Position numbers and translations under genes: made by a program. The notes below the pieces were generated by a model. It was not told the origin of the DNA. It ran no database searches and saw only the letters and a program-made list of their open reading frames with translations. 64,000 nt of DNA from an uncultured Planctomycetota bacterium (lineage in GTDB: Bacteria; Planctomycetota; JACOTG01; JAUIME01): NCBI GenBank assembly GCA_964597885.1, contig CAZQZX010000001.1, positions 9,849 through 73,848 on the forward strand. Direction: 5' to 3'. Position 1 is the stretch's first letter, and the number at the start of each line of letters is the position of its first letter. This document shows positions 36,643-46,514 of this stretch, one piece after another.

Positions 36643-39642
36643 CTACTTCCGGATGTCGACCTCGATGGTGACTTCGAGATCTTCCTCTTGCAGACGCACC
36701 GTGCCACGGTAGAGCGGCACCCGATCCATCTTCGAATAAGCCCCGATGTCGGCCATGTTCGATGGCAGTGCCGGAATCTCGAGGATGTACTCGCCCGGAG
36801 CGATGTCCCGCATCGCGAACTTGCCGGTGGGCTGCACCATCCCCACTCCGCACTGGTATCGCGCGGCGTCGATCGCGGCATCCATGTCGAGCGGATCGTA
36901 GTCTTCGGGGCCGGGACCGCCAGGCCGACGGAGCGTGACGAGCTGCGCGATTCCGGGTGCGAAGTTCGAGATCGTGCCGCGGACGTTGAGGCCGGTGCCG
37001 AGGATGAACTCGATCTCCTTGGTCTCGCCGGGCTCGATGGTGAACTGACGCTGCCGATAGCGGAACGAACCATCGACCGCCATCTTCGACATGTCGGTGA
37101 CTGCGAGCGAGTACGACCCGGGGCCGAGACCTTCGAACGTGAACGTGCCGTCCGTTCCGGTGTTCGCCATCTTCATGGGGCCGCTCCCCATGAGCTGCGT
37201 CATGACGCCCATGAGACCCTTGCCGTTCTCGAGGACGCGTCCACGCACCGTCGCGCCGGGGTGGAGGACCAGATCGGGAACGGTGACTCGGGCGCCCACT
37301 GCGACGCGCACGATCTCCTGCTGCGAGGGTGCGACGCCTTCCTTGCTGGCGGACACGCGGTACTCGCCCGGTTCGAGCGGACCGGCCCGGTAGATCCCGC
37401 CGGTGTTCGTGCTGACGGAATCGGTGTCGCCGAGCAGCCCGGGCATGAACCGCTTCATGGCTTCTGCGGTCTTGTCGGTGCCGATGCGGCTCACGGAGAC
37501 CGCGGCTTGCGACGCGACCGTACCGTCAGCATGGAGGACGCGTCCCGCGACGAACGCTCCGCTGGCCAGCAGGATCTCGATGCCCTCATGGACGGACCTC
37601 GGCTCGAGGAAGAGCTCGCCGGAAGTTCCCTCGGCATAGCCGGGAGCCTTGGCGATGATTTCGACGCGACCGGAGGGCGCGGCAGGAATCTCGAACGTGC
37701 CGTCCTCGCGTCCCTCGATCCAGTTCTCGCCGGGACGGAGGGGGTTGAACAGCTCGGTCACGTCGAGCTCGGGCTCGGCGTCGGAGATGCGGCGCGCGCA
37801 CACCTGGAAGCCCCCGTTCGGCGGCACCCCGTCGGGAGTCAGCACCAGGCCCGAGACGACGGCCGGCCGCGGCAGCGTGATGACGATGTCGCGCGAGCTT
37901 CCGGTGGTTTCGACGGCCTTTTCGTCGAAGCCTTCCTGCTTGGCCTCGAGCTTCACGAAACGATCCTCGAATCCTTCGAACGAGAAGGCTCCGTCGGCGC
38001 CGGTCGTTTGGGTCTCGACCTTGCGAAAGTCGGTCTGGAGACACGAGGCCTCGACGCGGATTCCCTCGAGCGGCCCGCCCGTCTCGTCGACGACGCGGCC
38101 GGTCAGGAGTCCCTTGGCACCGCCGGCGCCGACGATGAGCTCGATGCCGGTGACCTCTCCTTCTTCGGGGACCTCGACGTTCGTCCCGCCGACGTCGAAC
38201 ATCATGTAGGGATTCTGCTCTCCGGCGACGAGCGTGACCTTGCCCGGAGGGAGATGCTCGAAGACGAAGCGGCCTTCGTCGTCAGTCGTCTCCGTCGTGA
38301 TGCCGGCGACGGACGCGGTCGAGACGCCGCCCGAGATCAGATCGACGTAGCTCGGGATCACCGTCACGCGTTCCTCGGGTGCTGGCGTCCGGTCCGGGCG
38401 CAGAACGATTCCGCGCAGGGTCCCGCCCTGGGTCATCGTCAGATCGACGCGGCGTTCGCGCTCGCCATCCGCGAGTGTGATCCCGGTGGCCTGCGCCGGG
38501 GCGAAGTCGCCGGAGCGTGCGAGGAGCGTGAACTCCCGATCGTAGGGGATTCCCAGGATCCGGTAGCGCCCGTCGTCATCGGTCGCGGCTTTCCACTCGG
38601 TGGCCATGTCCGCGATGACGCCGGTGTTCCCGGAGAAGATCTCGTTGAGGAAGGATGAAGGCACGCCGCTCAGGCCGGCACCGACGACCGGTGTCCCGTC
38701 GCTCGCGGTGACCCGACCGAACAGGACGCCGCCGCGCGTGACCTGGAAGTCGACGCCGTCGGCATCGACGCCGCGCTCGGGCACGACGTGTCGCGCGAGG
38801 TTCAGGGACAGGCCGAGGAACTCGGTGCCGCCCGACCTCGGGACGACGCGATACTCCTGCTCGAGGAGTCCGACGAGCGAGTAGCTTCCGTCGGGGCGGA
38901 CCACTGCGCGAGGACCGCGGATGGTCTCGCTGAACGCGCCTTCGTCGGGTCCGACCGGGCTCGCGACGACGATCATGCCGGCGGCGGGCACTCCGGTACC
39001 GGCTTCGAGGACCTCGCCGCGGATGGCGAAGCCCACACCGAGCGAGATCGTCAGCCGGATCTCCAGCTCGCCGCTGTCGTGAACCGAACGGATCGCGGTC
39101 GACAGCCCGGGGCCTCCGGCGATCAGCGTGCCGGGAAGATCGACCTTGCGAAGCTCGAAGGCGAATGCGCCGTCGTCGCCGGTGCGTACGGTCTGGGCAT
39201 CGAGGAGGGCGTCGCGGATCTCGGCGGGTGCGAGCGTGGTGTCGATGGTCTCGTCGAGCAGCAGAGCGTCGTGCGTTCGCGACGCGAGCATCGGCCGCGG
39301 CGTCGGCAGGAAGCGCACGAGCGCTCCGGGGAGAGGATCGGACGTGGCCGAGGAAAGCACGGTGCCGACCAGGCGGATCCGGATCCCGTCGTCGAGGAGG
39401 CGGTCGCGCTCGTCGGCCAGCTCGGCGCGAGCGTTCGCCGCGCTGTCGGCCGCGGGATCGAACGGTGCCGGAGCGGCCGAGTCGCCCGATCGGGCGGGCG
39501 TCGCGGGGTCGGTCTCGCCGGACGTCCCGGGCGCGCGCAGGAATAGCAGCACGGCGACGGCGATGCCGGCAAGAAGCACCAGGCCCGCGAAGAGAAGGTA
39601 GAGCGACGCATTTCCGGCTTGTCGGTCGTACGCGTGCTTCAT
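36643..39642 (-). CDS. Large secreted protein with multiple carboxypeptidase-regulatory-like (CarboxypepD_reg) beta-sandwich repeats
   Basis: ATG at 39642 with an AAGGAG RBS 7 nt upstream. Signal-anchor LYLLFAGLVLLAGIAVAVLLF. Repeated G-x-V-x-D-x-x-G-x-P-(L/V) blocks (GRVVDETGGPLEGIRV, GRVLHADGTVAS, GRVLENGKGLMGV) are typical of the family. Confidence 0.6.
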   Translation of the reverse strand: MKHAYDRQAGNASLYLLFAGLVLLAGIAVAVLLFLRAPGTSGETDPATPARSGDSAAPAPFDPAADSAANARAELADERDRLLDDGIRIRLVGTVLSSATSDPLPGALVRFLPTPRPMLASRTHDALLLDETIDTTLAPAEIRDALLDAQTVRTGDDGAFAFELRKVDLPGTLIAGGPGLSTAIRSVHDSGELEIRLTISLGVGFAIRGEVLEAGTGVPAAGMIVVASPVGPDEGAFSETIRGPRAVVRPDGSYSLVGLLEQEYRVVPRSGGTEFLGLSLNLARHVVPERGVDADGVDFQVTRGGVLFGRVTASDGTPVVGAGLSGVPSSFLNEIFSGNTGVIADMATEWKAATDDDGRYRILGIPYDREFTLLARSGDFAPAQATGITLADGERERRVDLTMTQGGTLRGIVLRPDRTPAPEERVTVIPSYVDLISGGVSTASVAGITTETTDDEGRFVFEHLPPGKVTLVAGEQNPYMMFDVGGTNVEVPEEGEVTGIELIVGAGGAKGLLTGRVVDETGGPLEGIRVEASCLQTDFRKVETQTTGADGAFSFEGFEDRFVKLEAKQEGFDEKAVETTGSSRDIVITLPRPAVVSGLVLTPDGVPPNGGFQVCARRISDAEPELDVTELFNPLRPGENWIEGREDGTFEIPAAPSGRVEIIAKAPGYAEGTSGELFLEPRSVHEGIEILLASGAFVAGRVLHADGTVASQAAVSVSRIGTDKTAEAMKRFMPGLLGDTDSVSTNTGGIYRAGPLEPGEYRVSASKEGVAPSQQEIVRVAVGARVTVPDLVLHPGATVRGRVLENGKGLMGVMTQLMGSGPMKMANTGTDGTFTFEGLGPGSYSLAVTDMSKMAVDGSFRYRQRQFTIEPGETKEIEFILGTGLNVRGTISNFAPGIAQLVTLRRPGGPGPEDYDPLDMDAAIDAARYQCGVGMVQPTGKFAMRDIAPGEYILEIPALPSNMADIGAYSKMDRVPLYRGTVRLQEEDLEVTIEVDIRK

Positions 39643-39983
39643 CGTGATTCTCCTTCGCAACCCGGCCCGGACCGCCGTTCCCATGAGGACGAAGGCAACC
39701 GCTATGCCCTCGAGTCTCCGGTATTCGTCCGATTTGCGGGAATGTCGCAACGCGGGCGGCCTCATCTGCTTGTACGGCCGAGCGATCCGGACCTTTCCCC
39801 GGGACGACAGCAGGGCAACGGAGGCCCGTGTCGACCGAAGCGGCGAGACTGGCCCACGCGGGTCAATTTCGCACGGGAACGACCGGTCGTCGACCTCCCG
39901 GCGGCGCCCTTCGAAAACTACCCTCTGCGCAGCCGGCGGAAACGAGGCCCATCGCCGGAGAGACGAACCCGACGAGGCCGAGG

Positions 39984-40820
39984 ATGCCCGAGCTACCGGA
40001 AGTGGAGCGCGGACGGCGAATCGCGGAACGAACCGCGGTGGGCCGTCGCATCGAACGCGTGCGCTGTGACGACGACCCGATCGTGTTTCACGGCGTGACG
40101 CCCCGTTCGTGTCGCCGGGCTCTTACCGGGGGGGAGGTCCGCGGGACCGGCCGACACGGGAAGTATCTCTGGCTCGAGCTCGACTCTCGGCCGTGGCCGG
40201 TGATCCACTTCGGGATGACGGGCGCGCTGCGTGCGAAGGACGAGCCGCCGCTCCAGCTCGAGTCCGGGCCCGACGAGTCGCCGGGGGCCTGGCCTCCGCG
40301 ATTCTCGAAGCTGCATCTCTTCCTGGACGACGGCGGTGAGCTCGTGTTCACGAACGCGAGACGCCTCGGTCGCGTGCGGATGGTGAACGACCCGCGCGCC
40401 GAGTCTCCGATTCGTGACCTCGGGTTCGACCCGCTGCTCGACCTGCCGTCCGCACGCGACCTCTCCGCTGCGATCGGCCGGCGTACTGTCACGCTGAAAG
40501 GGCTGCTGCTCGATCAGTCCTTCGCGGCCGGTGTCGGAAACTGGATCGCGGACGAGGTCCTGTACCAGGCCGGGCTCGACCCGCGTCGCCGAGCCTGCTC
40601 CCTCGATCCCGACGAGGTGCGGCGACTGCGAACGAAGCTCGGGCATGTCGTGCGGACCGCGGTCCGCGTCGACGCGGACAACCGAAGGTTCCCGAAAGGG
40701 TGGCTCTTCCACCGTCGCTGGCATCGCGGAGGATCGGACGTCACCTCGGACGGGCTGTCGATCCGTCGGGATACCGTCGCCGGTCGGACGACCGCCTGGG
40801 TACCCGAACGGCAGCGCTGA
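39984..40820 (+). CDS. Fpg/Nei-family DNA glycosylase (zincless-finger type)
   Basis: MPELPEVERGRRIAERT has the catalytic N-terminal Pro2/Glu3. An H2TH region is present. The C-terminus lacks the CxxC-x-CxxC zinc finger. Confidence 0.7.
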   Translation: MPELPEVERGRRIAERTAVGRRIERVRCDDDPIVFHGVTPRSCRRALTGGEVRGTGRHGKYLWLELDSRPWPVIHFGMTGALRAKDEPPLQLESGPDESPGAWPPRFSKLHLFLDDGGELVFTNARRLGRVRMVNDPRAESPIRDLGFDPLLDLPSARDLSAAIGRRTVTLKGLLLDQSFAAGVGNWIADEVLYQAGLDPRRRACSLDPDEVRRLRTKLGHVVRTAVRVDADNRRFPKGWLFHRRWHRGGSDVTSDGLSIRRDTVAGRTTAWVPERQR

Positions 40821-40919
40821 CGCTAGCCGCTGGTGGACGCCGCGCCGCGACGATAGAATCCCCTCGGGCTGCGGCCCCTGGAGAATGAGCGGGTACGAAG
40901 CGGATCGGAGTCCGAGGGC

Positions 40920-43067
40920 ATGAGTCGCATCGTGGTCCTGGGCGCCCTGCTGCTGCTGGTCGCCGGGCTTGGGAATTTGTGGAACGCACCGGGCGCTCTC
41001 GCCGTCTCGACCGAGGAGTCGAGCGCGTCGCAAGGTGCGCGAGTCGGAGTGGACGTCGAGCGCGTCTACCCCCGGCTGCGCTTTCAGCGGCCCGTCTTTC
41101 TGACGCACGCGGGGGACGGGAGCGGACGCGTCTTCGTCGTCGAGCAGCACGGCGTCGTGCACGTCGTCCCGGATGCGGAAGATCCCGTCGCGGGCTCCGT
41201 GTTCCTCGATATCTCGGATCGCGTCAGCCGGATCGGAAACGAAGAGGGCCTGATCGGGCTCGCGTTCCATCCGAGATTCGAGGAGAACGGAACGTTCTTC
41301 GTGCACTACTCGTCCTCGGCGAAGGACCGCACGGGAGTGGTCTCGAGATTCCGCGTCGCGAAGGACGATCCGAACCGCGCCGACCCGAAATCCGAAGAGG
41401 TGATCCTCGAGCAGCCTCAACCCTACCGCAACCACAACGGTGGGATGATCGAGTTCGGCCCCGACGGATTCCTTTACATCGCCTTCGGCGACGGCGGGTC
41501 GGCCAACGATCCGAACAACAACGCGCAGAACCTGACGAACTGGCTGGGCACGATCCTGCGTATCGACGTGGATCGCAAGGAAGCCGGCCGGGCGTACGCA
41601 GTGCCGGAGGACAACCCCTTCGTCGGGCGTGAGGACGCGCGTCCGGAGATCTGGGCCTACGGTCTTCGCAACGTGTGGCGATTCTGCTTCGACCCGGAGA
41701 ACGGCGATCTCATCGCGGCCGACGTCGGGCAGGATCGGTTCGAGGAGATCGACCTCATCGAGAAGGGCGGGAATCACGGCTGGCGCGCCTACGAGGGCGA
41801 CCACCGGTTCTTCCGTCGCACGCGGATTCCACCCGAGGAGCACGTGATTCCGATCGCCGAGTACGGCCGCTCGGACGGCATCTCCGTGACGGGCGGGTTC
41901 ATCTACCGCGGATCGCGTCATCCTGCGCTCGCCGGGCGATACTTCTACGGCGATTACGTGTCCGGGAATCTGTGGAGCCTCGAGCGCGATGCGAAGGGCG
42001 AATGGAAGTCGACGCTCGAGCGACGTACCGGCAAGAGCATCGCGTCCTTCGGCATGGACGAGGACGGCGAGATCTATCTGCTGAGCTTCGACGGAGGCGT
42101 GTATCGAATCACGGCGTCGAACGAGCCGGTGGCGGATCCGCTCGCGGGCTGGCCCGAGAAGCTCTCCGAGACGCGGCTCTTCGCCTCGGTCGAAGGCCAC
42201 GTACCGGCCGGGGATCTGATCCCCTACGAAGTGAATGTCGGCTTCTGGTCGGACCGCGCGCAGAAGAAGCGCTACATCCATCTGCCCCGTGGCGGGAAGA
42301 TCGGCTTCCGTGCCGAGGGGCCGTGGGAGCTGCCGGTCGGCGCGACGATCGTGAAGACTTTCATCGGGAACGATTTCGGGCGCGAACGGATCCTCGAGAC
42401 GCGCTTGATCAAGCGAACGGCCGAAGGATGGGAAGCCGCCTCGTACATGTGGGATCGCGATCAGAAGGAAGCGCGGCTGGTTCCGGAAGGATCCCAGTTC
42501 GAGCTGATTCATCGCGGTGGCGTCGACACGTGGCATGTCCCGTCGGTATCCGAGTGCGCCGCGTGTCACACCGACTCGGCGGGCTTCGTGCTCGGCCTGA
42601 CGACGGCGCAGCTCAACCGACCGGGTGCGGAAGGCGGAACCAACCAGCTCGTCGAGTGGTCGGCGCGACGCCTGCTCGATCCCCCGGTCCCCGACGCCTC
42701 GAAGCTTCCGCGGCTGGCGAGTGCGAAGGACGAGAGTCGACCGATCGGGGCGCGTGCGCGCGCGTGGCTCGACGTGAACTGCGCGATGTGCCATCGCCCC
42801 GACGGCCCCGGCAACGCGGCGATCGACCTGCGATACGAGACGTCGATCGCCGACACGGGGACGCTCGACGTGCCGCCCGCCCAGGGCGATCTCGGTCTGC
42901 CGAACGCTCGCATCGTGGCGCCGGGCGCGCCGGGACGATCGGTGCTGGTCGAGAGGGTGCGCACGCTCGGCGCCGGTCGCATGCCGAATCTCGCCTCCAA
43001 CCTGGTCGACAGCGAAGGCGTGGAACTGCTCGAGCGATGGATCGCGACCCTGAAGCGGGACCGATGA
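40920..43067 (+). CDS. PQQ-dependent sugar dehydrogenase (GSDH beta-propeller) fused to a C-terminal di-heme cytochrome c domain
   Basis: Signal peptide. GSDH blocks LAFHPRFEENGTFFVHYS, NHNGGMIEFGPDGFLYIAFGDGG and GLRNVWRFCFDPENGDL. Two CxxCH motifs (CAACH, CAMCH) in the C-terminal roughly 200 aa. Confidence 0.75.
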   Translation: MSRIVVLGALLLLVAGLGNLWNAPGALAVSTEESSASQGARVGVDVERVYPRLRFQRPVFLTHAGDGSGRVFVVEQHGVVHVVPDAEDPVAGSVFLDISDRVSRIGNEEGLIGLAFHPRFEENGTFFVHYSSSAKDRTGVVSRFRVAKDDPNRADPKSEEVILEQPQPYRNHNGGMIEFGPDGFLYIAFGDGGSANDPNNNAQNLTNWLGTILRIDVDRKEAGRAYAVPEDNPFVGREDARPEIWAYGLRNVWRFCFDPENGDLIAADVGQDRFEEIDLIEKGGNHGWRAYEGDHRFFRRTRIPPEEHVIPIAEYGRSDGISVTGGFIYRGSRHPALAGRYFYGDYVSGNLWSLERDAKGEWKSTLERRTGKSIASFGMDEDGEIYLLSFDGGVYRITASNEPVADPLAGWPEKLSETRLFASVEGHVPAGDLIPYEVNVGFWSDRAQKKRYIHLPRGGKIGFRAEGPWELPVGATIVKTFIGNDFGRERILETRLIKRTAEGWEAASYMWDRDQKEARLVPEGSQFELIHRGGVDTWHVPSVSECAACHTDSAGFVLGLTTAQLNRPGAEGGTNQLVEWSARRLLDPPVPDASKLPRLASAKDESRPIGARARAWLDVNCAMCHRPDGPGNAAIDLRYETSIADTGTLDVPPAQGDLGLPNARIVAPGAPGRSVLVERVRTLGAGRMPNLASNLVDSEGVELLERWIATLKRDR

Positions 43068-43092
43068 CCGAAGCGCGGCTTCCGGCGAGAGG

Positions 43093-43866
43093 CTAGCGGC
43101 GCTCTTCGATCGCCAGCTTCGCGAGCTCGTCGACGCGTTCGTTCAGCTCGATGCCGGCGTGACCCTTCACCTTGACGAGGGCGAGGTCGTCGAACTGGGA
43201 GGCGACTTCGCGGAGCGCGGCGACGATCTCCTTGTTCTCCTTTGCCTTCCAGCCTCGCGTGAGCAAGCCGATCACGTAGGTCGAATCGCTGAACACGCGG
43301 ACCGGCAAGGAGCGGTCCTTGATCGCCTCGAGAGCGATCCGCACCGCCTGCAGCTCGGCGATGTTGTTCGTCCCGTGGTCGCCGAGGTACTGCGAGATCT
43401 CGCGTCGGTTGTTGCCGAAGATCAGGACGACGCCGGCGCCCATCGGGCCGGGGTTCCCGAAGCACGCGCCGTCGGTGTAGACGACCACCGCGCCGTCCGG
43501 CACATCGCTCTCATCGGCCATCTTCGCGACCGTGCCGGCGCTCGACGGAAATCCGCCGACCGGCCCGACCCCGCTCGAGCGGGCACCCGACGAGGAAGAA
43601 GAAGAGCTCCGCGTGGATTTCTTCTTCGTCTTCTTCTTGGCCGCTCGCGCCGCGGCGATGCGGCTCTCGTCGATCTCCGACACGGCGCTGGCTCGCGCCG
43701 AGTACTCGCGATCGTCGTTCTCGCGGTACCGGATCTTCACGACGCCGTCCCGGACCACGAGCTCGCCCTGCTCGTCGACCTCGGCGTAGACCTTCCCATC
43801 CTTGAACATCATTCGTTTCCAGCCCATGTCGGGCATGCTAGCACACGGAGGGCCACCGCTTTTCAT
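43093..43866 (-). CDS. rnhA: Ribonuclease HI with an N-terminal extension and a Lys/Ser-rich linker
   Basis: RNase H core VVVYTDGACFGNPGPMGAGVV...NNIAELQAV...RVFSDSTYVI...GHAGIELNERVDELA has the DEDD residues. Alternative starts at 43836 and 43812 are possible. The linker is KKKTKKKSTRSSSSSSSG. Confidence 0.75.
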   Translation of the reverse strand: MKSGGPPCASMPDMGWKRMMFKDGKVYAEVDEQGELVVRDGVVKIRYRENDDREYSARASAVSEIDESRIAAARAAKKKTKKKSTRSSSSSSSGARSSGVGPVGGFPSSAGTVAKMADESDVPDGAVVVYTDGACFGNPGPMGAGVVLIFGNNRREISQYLGDHGTNNIAELQAVRIALEAIKDRSLPVRVFSDSTYVIGLLTRGWKAKENKEIVAALREVASQFDDLALVKVKGHAGIELNERVDELAKLAIEERR

Positions 43867-43886
43867 CGGGGCCGCGATCCTTCACA

Positions 43887-44534
43887 ATGAGCCCCATGGC
43901 TACCCTGATCCTGGTCCCGACCGCCTTCGAAGCGGAGCGCCTGAGCGCGCTCGGTGGTTTTTCGATTCCGGCGTGCCGAGTGGAGCTCTGCGGCTTCGGC
44001 GCCATCGCGGCGGCGGCGAGGACCCGCTCGGTGCTCGCGACGGGCTCGTGGGATCGCGTGATCCTTGTCGGGCTTGCCGGCACTTTCGACGAGAGCCGGG
44101 CGCCGGTCGGCGAGGCGCGGTGGTTCTCGGAAGTCGCGATCGACGGGATCGGCGTCGGTGAGGGGCCGGAGGCCGAGGGAATCCGGGCGACGGGGTTCCC
44201 GATGTGGGAGCCGACCGACGGCCCCGCGATCGTCGACCGAATCCCGCTCGCGTCCTCGGACGTCCGCTGCGAGCGAGCCTCGGGTGTGCTGCTCTCGACG
44301 TGCGCGGCGTCGAGCTCGGACGACCACGCGGCGCTTCGCCGGGAGCGTTTCCCGGATGCCGTCGCGGAGGACATGGAGGGATTCGGCGCGGCCCTCGCGT
44401 GCAGCTTGGCGGGCGTGTCCCTCGAGGTCGTGCGGGGGATCTGCAACCGCGTCGGCGATCGGGACCACGCCGGATGGCAGATCGACCGCGCGCTCGAGGC
44501 CGTGCTGCGCGCTCTCGACGAATCGGCGGAGTGA
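43887..44534 (+). CDS. mqnB: Futalosine hydrolase / MTA-nucleosidase-family protein (menaquinone futalosine pathway)
   Basis: PNP_UDP_1 fold. LILVPTAFEAERL, VGLAGTF and VAEDMEGFGAALACSLAGVSLEVVRGICNRVGDRD match the MqnB pattern. Confidence 0.6.
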   Translation: MSPMATLILVPTAFEAERLSALGGFSIPACRVELCGFGAIAAAARTRSVLATGSWDRVILVGLAGTFDESRAPVGEARWFSEVAIDGIGVGEGPEAEGIRATGFPMWEPTDGPAIVDRIPLASSDVRCERASGVLLSTCAASSSDDHAALRRERFPDAVAEDMEGFGAALACSLAGVSLEVVRGICNRVGDRDHAGWQIDRALEAVLRALDESAE

Positions 44535-44630
44535 ACCGAATCACGGAAGAAGATCGATACCGGCGTCGTCCAACCGATGTCCGGAAGTTTGCCCTCCCGG
44601 ATCGATCCGGGGGCGGAGAGGAGACGTGAC

Positions 44631-45242
44631 ATGAAACATCGCCTGCTTGCGGCGGGAGCCCTGCTGGCCACGGTATTCGCCTCGGCCGGCTTCGTGATGC
44701 AGGACAACCGAGCCCCGACTTCGGGCCTGATCACGCTGTTTGCCGAGGACGATCGGACGTGCTCGTTCAGCTTCGAGGACGGCGACTTCGGGCCGATCAT
44801 CGATAACGTGCTGCGGCTCGATCTCGCGCAGATGGTCTACCACCGCTACGAGCCGGGCCGCCTGTCGTTCGGGCTCGTTCGCAACGAGAAGGTCAACGTG
44901 GTCGACCTCGGGGACGTGCGCGTCGACTCCGGCGCCCAGCCGACGGACGTGGCCGTCCGTTCCCCGATCAGCGTGTTCCACTCGCTGTTCCTCGACCGCC
45001 GCCGCATCTTCTACACCGATGCGGAGGGACGACCCAAGCACTACGGCGTCGGACAGAAAGTCATGAACACGTTCGACCGCGAGGGAGTCCAGCATCTGGA
45101 TCCGGTCGTGGGGCACACGTATCTCGTGCGCTATCGGCTGGCGCCGCTCGGGCGCGGGCAGGACGGCCGGATCGTTCGGCTGCACGTCATCGACGTCGAG
45201 CCGGGCCGCTTCGTCACGCTCCGCTGGGGCTTCGTGGACTAG
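44631..45242 (+). CDS. Secreted protein of unknown function
   Basis: ATG at 44631 with a GGAGAGGAG RBS. Signal peptide MKHRLLAAGALLATVFASAGFV. The amino-acid composition is plausible. Confidence 0.45.
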   Translation: MKHRLLAAGALLATVFASAGFVMQDNRAPTSGLITLFAEDDRTCSFSFEDGDFGPIIDNVLRLDLAQMVYHRYEPGRLSFGLVRNEKVNVVDLGDVRVDSGAQPTDVAVRSPISVFHSLFLDRRRIFYTDAEGRPKHYGVGQKVMNTFDREGVQHLDPVVGHTYLVRYRLAPLGRGQDGRIVRLHVIDVEPGRFVTLRWGFVD

Positions 45243-46359
45243 CGAGGGGCGCGGAGAGCACCGCGTCGGCGGCGCGACGGACGGCGAGGGCGTTTCGATC
45301 CCAGCCTTCGTAGCGGCGCGCATGCTCGAGGCCGACCGCGCCCCGGCGATCCCGCTCGGCTGCCGGCAGGGCGAGCAGCTCGTCCATCGCGCATGCAAGA
45401 TCGTGCGCGCTCCCGGCGGGGACGACGAGGCCTCCGGTCTTCGCGACGGTCGCGGCTTCGTCGAATGCCTCCGTGACGACGGCGGGTCGACGGAACGCGC
45501 GCGCGAGGTTCAGCACACCGCTCTGCGAGATCGCGTGATAGGGCAGGGCGACGATGTCGGAGGCGAGGAAGAGGCTCGCCACTTCTCCGAGCGGCGCGTA
45601 GCCCCGACGGATCCGGATGCGATCGTCCGCGCACTCGATCTCCCGGAGCGCGGCCGCCCAGCCCGGCGTTCGATGCGCGTGCGTCTGGATGAGCAGAACG
45701 GCTCGCGGCCGGTCCTCGCGCAGCCGGGCGAAGGCGTCGAGAAGTACCTGAAGGCCCTTGTCGGGGCGAAGTCGTCCGAAGAAGAGCACCGCCTCGGCGT
45801 CCGGCGGCAGATCGAGCGACTCTCTCGCCTGGGCGCGCGTTCGCGTGACGTTCGCGAAGGATTCGTAGGGCCCGTGCGGCGCTTCGAAGATCGGTCGGCC
45901 GTCGAGGTCGATATCGGCGAGAAGGCGCTCTCGTTCGCGGCGATTGCCCACCACGAATCCATCGGCGAGTCGGTACAGATCGTGGATGCGGGCGATATCG
46001 ACGGGCAGGGTCGCGGGTGGCCGGACGTTGTGGATCGTCTGCAAGATCGGGATTCCCCGCAGCCGCAGATCGGTCATCCAATCCCGGAAGAAGTCGGCGT
46101 TCAGTCCGACGGTGTTGCCGACCTGCACGTTCACCAGATCGATGCTCGGTTCGACCAGGCTTTGCGTGATCGCGTCGGCGCTGGCCGCGTGAGCGAGGTC
46201 GAGGCACGGCTCGATCGACGGCACGGCGGCCCGGACCAGCTCGTCCGGCGTCTGATCCGTGAACGTGAGGAAGCGAACGTCGAAGTGGGCGCGGAGGGGG
46301 GCGTACAGGTGCGCGACGTAGTGGCCGAGCCCGCCGTCGGCGTTCGTCACGATCGCCAT
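45214..46359 (-). CDS. Glycosyltransferase family 4 (GT-B, retaining)
   Basis: ATG at 46359 (MAIVTNADGGLGHYVAHL). The C-terminal EX7E-like region is LFLASDIVALPYHAISQSGVLNLARAFRRPAVVTE. The 3' end overlaps the convergent gene by 29 nt. Confidence 0.7.
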   Translation of the reverse strand: MAIVTNADGGLGHYVAHLYAPLRAHFDVRFLTFTDQTPDELVRAAVPSIEPCLDLAHAASADAITQSLVEPSIDLVNVQVGNTVGLNADFFRDWMTDLRLRGIPILQTIHNVRPPATLPVDIARIHDLYRLADGFVVGNRRERERLLADIDLDGRPIFEAPHGPYESFANVTRTRAQARESLDLPPDAEAVLFFGRLRPDKGLQVLLDAFARLREDRPRAVLLIQTHAHRTPGWAAALREIECADDRIRIRRGYAPLGEVASLFLASDIVALPYHAISQSGVLNLARAFRRPAVVTEAFDEAATVAKTGGLVVPAGSAHDLACAMDELLALPAAERDRRGAVGLEHARRYEGWDRNALAVRRAADAVLSAPLASPRSPSGA

Positions 46360-46514
46360 CGATCGTTTCGCATCGGCCGTCCGTCGCTCGTTCCCGATCA
46401 CTCCTGCTCCCTCCTTCCCGTGTGCCTCGGCTACCGAAGTCTGCCAGACGGCGCACGGGGATGCAACGCGCATCGGCGTCACGATTCCGGAAGACGAGGG
46501 TGCGGCGGTCGATC

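Noticed and set aside
39993-42794. 933-aa minus-strand ORF antisense to the PQQ dehydrogenase
   Set aside because: No recognisable motifs and Arg/Pro/Gly-rich. The sense strand encodes a clear GSDH-cytochrome fusion.
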